This document shows positions 1-12,539 of a DNA stretch of 64,000 nucleotides, one piece after another. Below the pieces are notes generated by a model that saw only the letters and a list, made by a program, of their open reading frames with translations, was not told where the DNA came from and made no database searches. The stretch is from Callorhinchus milii (Eukaryota): assembly GCF_018977255.1 (NCBI RefSeq), contig NW_024704742.1, positions 108,874,001 through 108,938,000 of the forward strand, given 5' to 3'. Made by a program: the position numbers and the translations under genes. How positions within the stretch are numbered: the stretch's first letter is position 1; every line of letters begins with the position of its first letter.

Positions 1-671
1 CGAACCAGTGTGCAATCTCGGCGTCCGGTTCGACCCCCAATTGTTCTTCCTTCCTCACATCCATTCCCTGACTAGCACTGCCTTCTTCCACCTCCGCCAC
101 AGGTTCGATCCACAGCTGTCCTTCCTTCTCCATATCCGGTCCCTGACCAAGACCGCCTTCCTCCATCTCTGCCATATTGCTCACATCCAACCATACCTTA
201 CCCCAGATGCAGCCAAAACATTCGTCCATGCTTTTGTCACCTCCCGACTCAACTTTTTAAATGCCCTCTTCACCAGTCTCCCCAGCTCCACCATACACAG
301 GATCCAGCTCGTTTCCAAATCCCTTCATGGCCTGGCACCTCCCTACCTCCCCAACCTGCTTATCCACCAACCCCAAGCTGCTGCCTCTGCTCGACTGGCT
401 CCGGTCTCCGGCATGTCTCTTGTGCCCTCTGTTCTACCATTGGCAGCTGTGCTTTAAGCTACTATGCCCTGAAACTCTGGAACACTCTTCCTTTATCCCT
501 TCGCCTTGTCCCTTCCTTCCCCATCTTTGTCGCGCCTGAAGACCTTCCTCTTCGATCATGCCTACGGTTAACTCCCCCTCCCCCTGGCTCAGTGTTGTGC
601 TTCGCCACTTTCAAGCCTCTGGAACGCGACCCTGGGGAGGGATGCTGTATAAATTGGATGTTGTTGTTGTT
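1..671 (+). mobile_element. L2-clade LINE 3' fragment (C-terminal ORF2 remnant + 3' tail)
   Basis: ORF 8..457 has L2 ORF2 C-terminal motifs (NLGVRFDPQL, AKTFVHAFVTSRL, SLHGLAPPYL); ends in a (TTG)n tail at ~660-671. Confidence 0.9.
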
Positions 672-1874
672 TCTGCCAAAAATATTAGGTACAATTAATA
701 CAATGTAGAGCCAGGATTTGTGAACAAAAGATGTGCACAAAAATAGTGTCTTTGAATTCCAGTTCATGGAAAACAGAACGAAAAAGATCAATTTTTTCAT
801 CTTTCAGAAAGCACTCCGAGATGCTACCTCACGTGACGGGCACTATATAAATTCAAACTGTTGTTTGTTTCTAGTTTGGTGCATGGAAATGCCGAGAGCT
901 GTGAAATGCAGGAATATTGTACAACATATAGCAAAAAACTGAACCATTGTGCGGTATCTGTTGACCCACCCAAGATTGTCCTGACTGATGTATTGTTGTT
1001 CACATCTTGTGCAAGTCTCTGTCAGTTGTCCATCTCAAGATCTACCTTTCAGACTGTGATTTTGCTCATCTCCCCAACTCCCCAATCCCCTTCATCTCCA
1101 CCTCAGCTATAAATGCAAATCACATTGTAATTTCCGTTCATCAAACCCCCACCACACCGCACCCCAACAAAATCTAACCAATACTGCAATAGCTTACAAA
1201 GTACAAAGGTAGGCACTCGGACCATAAGCAATGCATCATTGGAGCATGGAAATAAAATGTTGTCCCCAGCACTTGGTTGCTTTGAAAACTCAGTATTTTG
1301 TGTCAATTTTTTACTCCTTCTCTAAAACATCATCCTTTTTGCTTGCACAAACTGCAGGTCTGCTACATATAGAACACACTGAAGAAGTTTGAAGATGCAG
1401 TATCATGTGTTATTTAGTTTAATGGATTTGTGGAGCAATTAATTCCCCTTCAGGACTTTTTTTTAAAAGTAAGGTGGGTGACTCTTCCTCCCATTTCCCA
1501 ATTCTTACTCTAGCAAATTTTATTCCATCCATGAAGTACTGTACATGTGCCTCCTATTTAGATTGAAAACCTACTTCCAATATGTTCCCATATAATGTGA
1601 GCTTTAACATGAGATCAAACTTTCAGTAGATATTACCATGCATTAGATTACACTATTAGTGCAGAGTCAAGAGCCTTCATCACAAAATACCTTCAACAAG
1701 GCAGCCGACTAGCTCAGTTGTCTTTTTACTATAATTTGCCAGCTTCTTCAGTAGATGCTTTACAGTCTCAGTTGCTAACAGGAATGTTTTAAAACCTGAT
1801 TTTGAACATGTCCGCTCACTGGTTTAGCCGAATTTTAATGGTACGCCTGCAATAGCCAAATGGAGCTTTGCTTT

Positions 1875-3530
1875 TGAAAATATATATTTGTTTATAAATC
1901 CAAAACAGAAATCCAAAACAAACACAACATCTTCTGTTACAATTTTTCCCTTTTCTCCTGATACAAACATCATTGTGTTGTTTACTGTACATTCCTTCAC
2001 CACACATAGGTTGTGCGCATATTTTTTGGGACGCTCCCTTTAACATAATTGGGAGTCGCCCCTGTGTACACCAAATCCATGTGCATCCCTGCACACACCC
2101 TGATAAGGTGCACGTGCTGCTTTCGGAAGGTGCCCTGATGTACACCGTAAGTGCACACGTTTACCGTATATACATTTTTGGGACGCTCTTCGTTTACATC
2201 TTGAGCGTCCTTCTGTACTCTTACTTTACTCAGCTTTGGGTGCACTTGTGGGCTACCCGGTGGGTGCACCCTGAGCGGGTTGTGCCAGAGTGGCTCCTGC
2301 CGGGGTCAGGCCCCATCTGGCCTTTGCTGTGGTTGAGCTGAACTTCAGCTTGTCCCTCAGCATATAGTCCTTGATCCTAGTATGCGTGAGCCTGAGGCAG
2401 GCCCTCACTGTCCTCTTGTTCTGCCAGAAGAATACCTGGTTTCAGGAATGCCAAAGGGCCTCCTTTACTGAGTTTATGATCCTCCAGGCACACTCGATGT
2501 GGGTTTCGCTGTGAGTGCCTGGGCAGTGGCCATACAGCACCGAGTGCCATGACAGCGGGTCCCCAGGGATGAACCGCGAGAGAATCCATTCCATCTTTTT
2601 CCAAACTGCCTTTGCGAAACAGTACTCCAGGAAGAGGTGGTCCACGGTCTCCTGGCCTCTGCAGCCGGCCCGAGAGCAACGTGCTGACTGGCCTAGACCT
2701 CAACTGTGCATGAAAGCCCTGAGGGAAAGGGCCCCTTTCATTGCCAGCCAGGCCATGTTGGTCAGGGCTGGTGACGAGGCGTTTTGTCAGATGTAGCTGG
2801 CTGTCACGCAGTGTAGCTTCCGATCGGGTCTGCCCTCTCCCCCTTTCAAACTGTTTCAACTAGTATTAGATTACAAGAGCAGTTGGAAAAGGGTCTGGCG
2901 TTCTAACCTGTCTGAGGGGGCGTACACATTGATCAATCCAAGAGGAGCATCTCTGTACATTATGTCTACTACTAGGAGTCTCCCACCTACCACTTTACTG
3001 TGCTCAGTGATGGTGAAATTTCCCCCACCAACCCCCCACCCCGCCGCAGCACAGCCACCCCAGAGCTGCGGCGGTCATTTCCCCTGGACGACACTGAGGG
3101 TCCGTAGGGAAACCACCACAAAGCCCAGGCCCTGTAGCTACTGGAGTGCAGTATTATGTGCTCCTGCAGGAAAAGGATGTTGGCCCTCACCCCGGCCAGG
3201 TACTGTAAGGTAGAGATGCAGCACAAGGTGTTACATATGCTGCGCACATTTAGAGCAGCTACTTTCAAGGACATTTTGTTTTTTTTAAATTTATGCTGTC
3301 CCCTTCGTGGCCTCTTTGTCTCCCACCTCCTTCTGGAGGCATGAGAAAAGGTTCACGAATTGTGCATCGCCTTTGGGGCTCCAGTCATTTACGGTTTCCC
3401 CTCTCACTTCCCTTTTGTTTCTCTTTGTTCTTGGCCTGAATTCCGTTCTCTGGCCTTTACCATTTGTTTTCTCCTTGGTGTTCCTTGCCCCCATTGCCCC
3501 ATACCTGCCATTGTTCTTCTCGTTTTGCTA
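1875..3530 (-). mobile_element. Tx1/L1-clade LINE, internally deleted (ORF1 tail, ORF2 APE N-terminus, C-terminal zinc-binding region, 3' UTR)
   Basis: ATG at 3274(-) gives MSLKVAALNVRSI...ILFLQE, continuing (frameshifted) as GGRLLVVDIMYRDAPLGLINVYAP. It then jumps to AWLAMKGAL...CSRAGCRGQETVDHLFLEY..AKAVW and RIKDYMLRDKLK, typical Tx1 ORF2 termini. Confidence 0.85.
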
Positions 3531-4139
3531 GTCAATGGAGCAGAATAGATACCAATGTTTGTACATGACTGAGCAGAGCTTTGTCTTGATCCAGACTGAC
3601 TTTGTGTGAAACAAATCACATTTCAGTTAACAGGGATTTCTGGCAGGGAGTTTTGCTCATCTGTGTAGTGCTAAATTCTAGTTTGTGTTTGAGACACATA
3701 ATCCCGTGACATCATTTGACCCAATCACTTGAAACAGATCTAATTCATCATTGATCTTATTAATTAGTTCACATTCATAGAGCATTGATCTAACTAGTTA
3801 GTTCACACTGCATTTTTGTCGCAACGCAGGGCTCTAGCAGGATAAAAGCAGATGGCTATCCATTCATTTTATGTAAAACCCAGTACATAAAATAAGTAAG
3901 AAAGGTCACTCCATTGAGCCAGCCTCTTCCAAAAGATGGAGGTTGAAAACGTAACATATGATGTGATTATTTCAACACCGCAAATTGCAATCAAACCAGT
4001 TGAGGTGGTAGGACACCTCCTTCCCCACCCCACTAGACTTTGCCAGAATAGTTGAGCCTGAAATCTCCAGCTGCTGCCAATGGAGTTGTTGCCCACAGAG
4101 TTCAGCATCTGAGTGAAACCTCACAGGACACAGGCCTGT

Positions 4140-5545
4140 CTTAGAGTTCGGTGATGGGGAGCCAGTGGAGCCTGGCCAGAATTGGTAAGATGTGGGTACG
4201 GTGTTTAGTCCGTGTAAGTATGCAGGCGGCAGAGTTCTGAATGAGCTGGAACTTTTGAATAGTGAAGTTGGGGAGATCAGCGAGGAGTGCATCTGAGTCC
4301 TGTAGCTCAGTGGTTAGAGCACTCGCTTTGCAAGTGAGAGACATGAGTTCAATTCCAGGTAGGGTGAAACCTTGGGCAAGTTTCCTTACTCCACACGTCT
4401 AATAATAATCCCTCCAAAACCAAAAACAATAATAAATTGGTCATTTTCAATCTACGACTGTTTGTGGGACATTGCTGTGCGCAATTGGCTGCCGCGTTCG
4501 CCCACAAATATACAGTCAATTCACTTTACAGTGTGTTCTGTGAAGCGCTTTGGGATGTCCTCCTGACATGAAAAGCGCTATATCAAATGCAAGGATTATT
4601 ATTATTATTATTATTATTATTATCCAGGTGGGAGGTGACAAAATGCATGCACAAGGGTTTCGGCTGCATTTGGGGTAAGGGCAGAAGTGGGCAATGTGGC
4701 AGAGATGGAAGATAATGGTCCTGGTCAGGAACCAGATGTGGGGGAAAAAGGACAGCTGAGGGTCAAACCGGACACCTAGATTGCGCATTGGTTCAGTGAG
4801 TGTGATAGAGAGCCCAGGGAGGTTGAGGAGTTCAGATCTGCAGAAGTGAAGACGTTGACGGGAGCCAAGGAGTATGGCGTCCGTCTTGTCCATATTCAGC
4901 TGCAGGAAGTTTGTACTCATCCAGGCCCTGATGTCTGGCAGACAAGCTGATGGAACATTGGGGGACCTGGAGTTGGTACTGGAAGAGGCAAAGTAGCTAT
5001 GTGTGTCATCCACATACATGTGGAGGTTTACCCCGTGTCTGCAGATGACATCGCCCAATGGGAGCATATAGATAAGGAAAAAAAGGGGCCAAGGATGGGC
5101 CAAGGGTATCCCGCAAGTGACCGGGAGGGGCTGGGAGGAGAAACCATTTGCCAAGATGAAATAGAGTCAGTTGGTTAAGTAGGACTTGAACCATGCAAGT
5201 GCAGTCCCACTAAGGTGGATGAGGAAAGAGAGGTGGTGGAGGAGGATGGCATGGTCATCTATGTTAAACATGGCAGAGAGATCCAGGAGGACGAGGAGGC
5301 AGAGGGAGCCCTGGTCACAGATAGAGAGGAGGTAATTTGTGACTTTGACAAGCGCTGTCTCTGTGCTGTGGACAGGATCGAAAAAACAGACTGCAGGGGC
5401 TTGTGGAGGGAGAGGTGTGACCGAAGTTGACCTGCAACAATGCATTCCAGAACTTTGGCAAGGAAGGGTAGGTTGGAAATGGGCCGGTAGTGTGAAGATT
5501 AGAGGGATCAAGGGTATTTTTTTGAGGAGGGGTGTGATAACAGTG
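4140..5545 (-). mobile_element. L2 LINE RT fragment, degenerate, interrupted by a SINE at 4295-4623
   Basis: [52 protein letters not shown] motifs in frameshifted ORFs. Confidence 0.9.
4295..4623 (+). mobile_element. tRNA-Ala-derived SINE, subfamily A (full length)
   Basis: A box TAGCTCAGTGG, anticodon arm CTCGC-TTTGCAA-GTGAG, B box GAGTTCAATTCC, Deu-like 3' segment, L2-type stem-loop and (ATT)n tail; near-identical copies elsewhere in the window. Confidence 0.92.
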
Positions 5546-5599
5546 GGGGAAAAAAATCATTTTCTTGAGGAGGGGTGTGAATGCTGTAGCATTCTATTT

Positions 5600-6115
5600 A
5601 CATAGAATGGTATAGCATGGAAACAAGTCATTTGGCTGAACTACTCCATACCACTGTTCATATTGCATATGAGCCTCTGCCTTCCGATTCCTCTGTCCTA
5701 TACCACTTTCCCTTCTCCCTGATGAATGCATCATTTTATTTTTTCTCTTAAGTTCATTGTTGCTTTTTGCTTTAACCATGGCTCTTAGTTGTGAGTTCCA
5801 CATCGCAATCACCTTTTGCGTGGAGAGATTTCTTCTAAATTCCCTATTAGGTCTGCTACTGGCTATCTTATATTTACAGCTTCTAGTTTCGGACTCACCA
5901 ACAAGTCAAAACAGCCTATCAACATCTAGTTTATCAAATCCTTTCATAATCTTTATCAGATCCCCTCACAAGCATCTAAACTCCAGAGAGAAAACTTCAA
6001 TCTGTCCAATCTTTTTTGATGGATGTCATCACTCATCCTTAGCATCAGCCCTGTATATGCTATACTCTCTCCAATGCTACAATATGCTTCCTGTAATGTG
6101 GTGACCAGAACTGTC
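5600..6115 (-). mobile_element. Old CR1 LINE 3' fragment
   Basis: Similar to the 3' ends of the CR1 copies at 12540 and 18102 (catagaa..., ggtgaccagaactg). Confidence 0.65.
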
Positions 6116-6714
6116 TAATGAATAATATTGACTTGGTTTGAGCAGTTTTCAGCAATATAATCATTTTCATATCACTGCATTTTTAACTCCTTATACTTTA
6201 CAATATGCACTGTCATATGAAGTGAGCAATGACTGGCATAAAAAGGTGAGCAAAGCAATTTTAAGCAGGCTGTTGCTTACAAAAGCCAATTAAAGTCTGG
6301 CAAAGGAAATTCTAAGTTTCTACTCAGCATTGGCATTGTTAATACTCTGCATTTACATGAACAATCATCAAACTGTAAGAACTAATTTTAGTTGCATTCT
6401 TTCCCAACATGAAAACGGAAAATTCCACATTGAATAGGATTCCCCTGTAGTGACATCATGAAGTTTCCACTCCAGTTGCATTTTTGTTTGTGGGCAGCAC
6501 TCCACTGTTATAATGTCAGTAGAGTGTCCAGTCTCAACATCATTGAAGTATGATGTCCATTTCCTGGGTATCCTTCACAAGCAAAGTTAAGTCATTGCAC
6601 AAAGGAAACAGATAAAATAAAAAGAGTACTAAAAGTGTAAGCAGATAAAATAAAAAAGAGTACTAAAAGTGTACCAATATCACCTATGATAACATTTATA
6701 AGATTATAATAAAA

Positions 6715-7080
6715 ATAATAATAATACTTGCATTTGCTACAATGCCTTTCACATCGGAAGGCTGTCTCAACGACTTCATAGGATTTTATTGTGGTTGTAC
6801 ATTTTGTAGGTGAATCTGGTAGTTCATTTGCACACAGCACAAACAGCCACAGCTAACTTTAATTGTGGATTTGTTGGCCAGGACACCAAAAAAAAAATTA
6901 TTTTTCAAATATTTTTATGGCATTTTTAATATTCTCCTGAACAGGTAGACGGAATCTTTCTTTAACAACTCATCCAAAATTTGCCACCTCCAGCAATGTA
7001 GCAACCCCCATCAGTGTATTCGTGTGTCAGCCAAGGCCAAGTCCCATATTTGATTTGAGAATGCTACTAACTGTAGTAGG
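6715..7080 (-). mobile_element. Degenerate Deu-domain SINE
   Basis: (AAT)n tail, cttgcattt...cctttcacatc, and the Deu-like segment gttggccaggacacc...cctgaacagg...tttaacaactcatcc. Confidence 0.55.
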
Positions 7081-7371
7081 CTGATATTGGGCATTTTTTT
7101 TTCCATTGGTCAATCAGTTTCTCATTAAAAATTAATTTTGGTCAGTGGAAATTCTCAGTCAACGTAGAAATTCGGGAAAACATAAAGTGAAACTCTGAAT
7201 TTGGAATTAGGATTGTTACAGGACTAGAAAGGGCTCTTTCTATCGATTTGGTCACAAAGCAAAAAATTATCTTACACTATTCCATTTCTCATATGCCTCA
7301 GTTGATTTCTTCAAAAAGAGTCTTTACCATGTATCAGTTCTCTCTTGAATTTTCTGACACAATCTACCTCT

Positions 7372-7555
7372 ATAGAAACATAGAAACAGGAGTAGGCTAT
7401 TCAGCCCCTCAAGTCTGTTCAACCATTTTAAAAGATCATGGCTGATCTGTACTTCAAGTCCAGTTACCCGTACTTGCCCCATATCCCTTAATACCCTGAC
7501 CTCCAACCCTTCTTCGGTAATCTTTCCACATATTCACCACTCTCTGGGAAAAATA
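7372..7555 (-). mobile_element. CR1-type 3' end fragment
   Basis: tagaaacatagaaacaggagtaggctattcagccc...atcatggctgatct, same family as 24066-24252. Confidence 0.65.
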
Positions 7556-8709
7556 ATGAAACCTAAATAATTTGTTCACTTCCCTCTTCTGAGCAAGTTG
7601 GGCTACCTCGTTCAAATTTCACAGTTACTGCAATTCAAAGTAAATCTAGTGAAGTGCTTTGAGACATCTTGATGGTGTGATAAGGCGCTATATTAAATGC
7701 AAGGATTATTATTTTTACTTTCAAAGTAATTCTAATGTGCGTCTTCATTAAGAAATATTCAGAATTTATGCCATTTAATGACATCTGGAGTATAGTTTTG
7801 GCCAGTTGGATATCCCTTTCATTATGAATGAATCTGTACTTTTTCAATTTCCTTTTTCCACCCTTACATTTATTTCTTCCCCTTCATTTTTCCCCTTCCT
7901 ATGAATATACAATTATATGACCTTAATGTGGAAGGAAGAAACTAAGTGAAAAGTCAAGCAGAGAAAAGAATGGCTGTACAACAGATCTTTTTTCTTGCAT
8001 TTGTCCAATTTTAAACATATGAAACTAAAGACTAGTGTAACAGACAGACACAGTTCTTGGCTCCCTGCAGAAAACCACTGATTGCACGATTTCTGGAAGC
8101 CAGCTCTTCTGGTAAAGTTCATTTTTATTCTTTGAAACCAGAGGCATCTTTTCATGCTTATTTTCAGAATGTGAATGAAGTAGAGATGGCACTTTTCAGT
8201 GTACATGAAAGTGATGTGAAAAAACTTAATCACATACATGGAGACAGCAAGGTGAAAATTATAACCCGTCTGTGTTGGCACATGACAGATTCCAATTTCA
8301 CCCCGTCGCTTCATCAATGTGATGTCAATAAGTCACTGAGCATGACCCAGTTAATCATTAAAAACATGAGCAAGCATTAGCATGATTGGATTATGAATTT
8401 TATACACGAATATTCATAAGTATGAGCTAAGAAAACAAAACATATGAAATGAAATTAAATGAAATGAAACGTAAAACATTTCAGTGCTCCATGCTTTCTT
8501 ATTACAACAATATCAGAACTGTTTCTGAAAAATTGACCCAAATTGTGAACTGTTTTCTTGCACAGATGCAGAAGTCGTTGTTTCATATTCTTCACTAATT
8601 TTATGCCTTTTTAGGGTATCCGTGTCAGCACTCTCACTTCTGGGTCTGTAAGTTGTGTGGTAGAGCCATTTGTTAGGACTTGAGTTTCTCATTTGACTGT
8701 GCTACTGAA

Positions 8710-9290
8710 AGCAGACATCATCCTTCGGGGGAAAGTAAGCAGGTGTCCATGGAGCTGAATTAGCTCCAAGGTGACATGCTTGGTAACAGAATGTTGGAAC
8801 TGAGTCAATCGTTTGTGGAGGTCTCGGTAGTCCAGTTCCTGAGCCAGGCAGGTCCACAGTACTCCATCACAGTACTCCTGATGGTAGCTAGTCTGGCTCA
8901 TTAATAGAACATGGAGGTGCAGACTGTGGGGCAGGGATTCTTGTCACTCAGTTCATGTTAATCCTGCAAGCCAAAACCCCAAATGGTAAGCAGTCCTAGC
9001 TTGTCAGACAGCATTTTCAATAACAAGCTATGCAATTTTAGCTCATTGAACTTAGCAGTACCTCAATGCAAACTCTAATGTCCCCAAGCCTCAGCTCTTG
9101 TCAACTTGCTCCTGATACTTTCTGGTATGTAGATAATCAGGGTACTCCAAGTGAGAGTGCACATTCCGTTACAGACACAGAAATGTCTTTGTGTAGGTGG
9201 CAGACATGGAACTCTCAATGTGGTTTGGGTACTCTTAAAGATTGAAGATAGGTTTCTGCATGTGCCAGACGCATGGCTGACCAACATATT
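8710..9290. repeat. Unclassified interspersed repeat (opposite orientation to the copies at 23700, 41160, 44597)
   Basis: Reverse complement matches the other copies, e.g. ttaatcctgcaagccaa and ggtttctgcatgtgccagac. Confidence 0.7.
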
Positions 9291-9454
9291 GAAGGAGTGC
9301 TGCATTATTGAAGGTGCAGTTCTATTTCATGTCTGCCACTTACACATACAATATATAGTTTGAGACACGACATGTCATGCGACTGCCATGCGATTTCTTT
9401 CACCTAGCAAATTCTTATGTTCTTATGTTCAGAGATGTGGAGAGTTCTCCTAGA

Positions 9455-10770
9455 ATATTTGCAAATTAGCATCTCAGAGCACTTAACAGTGGCGAAGCCT
9501 GACTCTGAGCTGGTGGGTGGGTGGGGGTGGCTGTAAGCACGATCGAAAAGGAAGGTTTTCATGCTGGACTTGAAAAAGGGGAGAGGGGGCAAGGTGGAGG
9601 GATTGAGGGAGAGTGTTCCAGAGTTTCGGGGCATAGTGGTTGAAAGCACATCCTCTAATGGTGGAGTAGAGGGTGCGAGGGACAAGCAGGAGGCTGGTGC
9701 TAGTCAAGTGGAGGTGCCAGGTGTTGGATTGGGAAGGAGGAGAGGTAGGAAGATGTTAGAGAGTGAAGTAATTTAAGCATGAGTGTGAGGATCTTGAAGT
9801 CGATCCATTCGGTGATGGGAAGCCAGTGGAGCCTGGCCAAAACTGATAAGATGGGGGTACGGAGTTTGGTCCAGTTAAGTATGTAGGCGGCAGAGTTCTG
9901 AATGAGCTGGATCTTTTGAATAGTGGAGCTGGGGAGTCCGGCAAGGAGTGCATTTACGTAATCCAAACGGGAGGTGACAAACACATGCACAGGGTTTTGA
10001 CTGCATTTGGGGTAAGGTACGGTCGGAGGTGGGCAATGTGGCGGGGGTAGAAGAAGGTGGTCCTGGTCAGGGACTGGATGTGGGGGAGGAAGGACAGCTG
10101 GGTGTCAAACTGGATGCCTAGATTACGCACTGGTTCGAGGAGTCTGAGGGAGGTCCCAGAGAGATTGCAGAATTCAGATCCACAGGAATGAAGATGTTGA
10201 CGGGAGCCAAGGAGCATGGCTTCCGTCTTGTCCACATTCAGCTGCAGGAAGTTTGTACTCATCCAGGCCCTGATGTCTGCCAGACAAGCTGATAGAACAT
10301 GGGCAGACCTGGTGTGGATACTGGAAGAGGCAAAGTAGATACATGTGGAAGTTTACCCTGTGTGCGTATGACATCGCCCAGAGGGAGCATATAGATGAGG
10401 AAAAGAAGAGGGCCAAGGATGGAGCCCTTGGTACCCTGCAGGTGACCGGGTGAAGGTGGGAGGAGAAACCATTTGCCGAGATGAAATGGAGGCAGTTGAT
10501 TAAGTAGTTCTTGAACCATGCAAGTGCAGTCCCACTAAGATGAATGAGGGAGGAGAGGAGTTGGAAGAGGATGGTGTGGTTGATTGTGTCGAACATGGCA
10601 GAGAGATTCATGAGGACGAGGAGGCAGAGGGAGCCCTGGTCACAGATAGAGAGGATGTTGTTTGTGACTTGGACAAGCGCTGTCTCTGTGCTGTGAGCAG
10701 GATGAAAACTAACTGCAGGGGCTCAAGTAGGGAATGGAGAGAGAAGTGTGACCAAAGTTGATCTGCAACA
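9455..10770 (-). mobile_element. L2 LINE RT/3' fragment
   Basis: [59 protein letters not shown]. Confidence 0.9.
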
Positions 10771-12539
10771 CTGCAGGTCAAAGTACACTGCTTTGCTGTT
10801 TGTGGAATTTTACTACAGCAGATTAGCTTTCCTATTTGCCTACATGACAAATAATAAATTAGTTTAATTATAGTTCCTTGTGTCCATACATTTTTGGAAA
10901 GCAAAACTGTATATGAAGTCATGGTTTACTTTTTTGCCATAAATAACAACAAAGATGTTCTTTGAGGTATTGCTGAAGTTTAACCAGCTAAAACTGCACA
11001 GCTGGTCATTGTGAGCACTGTCTGGCAAGTTTCCCACTGCTTGTCCAGGTACAACCACCCAAATTCAAAATTTTGTGTTGCCTGAACAGATTTGTGTGTT
11101 AGACAGAAGAAGGTGAACTCCCACTCCTGATAGCTGTCCATTTAGTCCCACTGAAAAGTGAGATTGTATAGACATTGAGTAAAAACAGGATCAGACTTGA
11201 ATAATAGTCCTTGCATTTGATATAGAGTCTTATCACGTCAGAAGGATGCCTCAAAGTGCAAATGGAGTGACTGTAAACATGCAAACGCTATAGCACAATT
11301 GCGTACTTTGCTTCGAAGTTCTCCATAATCAAATAATAGTTCACTGGTACTCACTGCCTAAATACCCATACGAATGTACACTTTAGTACCAGACAGCGGA
11401 TGGAAAACCTACCTCAGAAAAATAGTCAGTGCCTTCAGGAGGCAGAAAACTGGGAAGGAAGAGGTGATCGATAAAACATTATTGTGGGTCACTCTTATAC
11501 AATTTTAACTACTGATTCTGATTCTACTACTGATCACCCAGTTAGAAAGCGATCACTTAAAAAGCGTCATTACTGTGGTTCGGTTATGTAATATCTTGCA
11601 GCTCCTGTGTAGAGAAGTGAAAGATAGCCTAGGCATTTCTCTGAAGAGAGAAGTGAAACTTGGCACATTAATTTCAGAATCCCATGTTGTCCTTTATACA
11701 CAGAGGGTAATCATCTGGAATGGTTATCAGGAAGGGTGTTTTGGGGGAGTTTTGGTCAGATGGGTTCTGATGTTTGGGGAAACCCATCACCGTGCTTTAG
11801 AGGAATCAAGCTAAACTACTGAGCATTTATATAATTGTGGAAATTCTGGTAATTTGTAATGACGTACACACTCTCTCCCTGGCGGGCTGCACCTTATTCA
11901 CATTGTCCCCAGTAATGAGGTTGTATTGCAAGGCATTGTTGATGTTGGACCAGTCTAGCTGGTCCAACACCAACAGTATCTTGAGGTACGGTGGACCTGC
12001 CTGGCTCAGAAACAGGAGTACACAGAGCACCACCAACTCGATTCTGATATTCCATTGCCAAGGATATCATCTTGGACCTAATTTATTCCAAAAGAGACTC
12101 TGTTGACTTCCTCTTTCTTCCCTTCCGCCCGAGCTTAATGCTATAAGTTGTTTCTTAAATGAGAAATAAGACAGGGATGAACATTGGTTTGCCAAATTTC
12201 TCCAGGCTATTCTGCTGCATGCGTCCCCTTCCCCCACACACATAGGTTAAGAGTTTGCAGAGCAGAAATTCACAGCTCATTTAGTGCAGCGCACACTGAG
12301 ATCAACAGTATTATCTCCATCCACCAATAACAGTTGTCTGCTTTTCCTCATTCCTTTTATTATCCACTGAAACAAAATTTATTTTGATATCTTAATTTAA
12401 TTAACTTTTATTTCAGTGCGAGAGACTGATGTCAGGGAAAAGTAATTTTGCACAGTGTGGAATCATAATACAATTCCAGGTTCAATACATAGTCTGGACA
12501 AATGCAATGTGCTTAAATCCAAGTGTGCACTATGAAGAG

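Noticed and set aside
4295..4365. tRNA-Ala(TGC)-like sequence (also at 24640-24709, 31600-31673, 43499-43570, 51075-51145)
   Set aside because: No complete acceptor stem and always continuous with the SINE body and tail; these are SINE heads, not tRNA genes
4372..4566. Recurrent small ORF MGKFPYSTRLIIIPPKP... (also 31393, 43577, 50871)
   Set aside because: Translation of SINE copies from TTG starts; recurrence reflects the repeat, not a gene family
6608..6672. ~33-bp tandem duplication (also ~19-bp at ~22851-22890 and ~45-bp at ~63001-63097)
   Set aside because: Simple two-copy slippage duplications with no further structure
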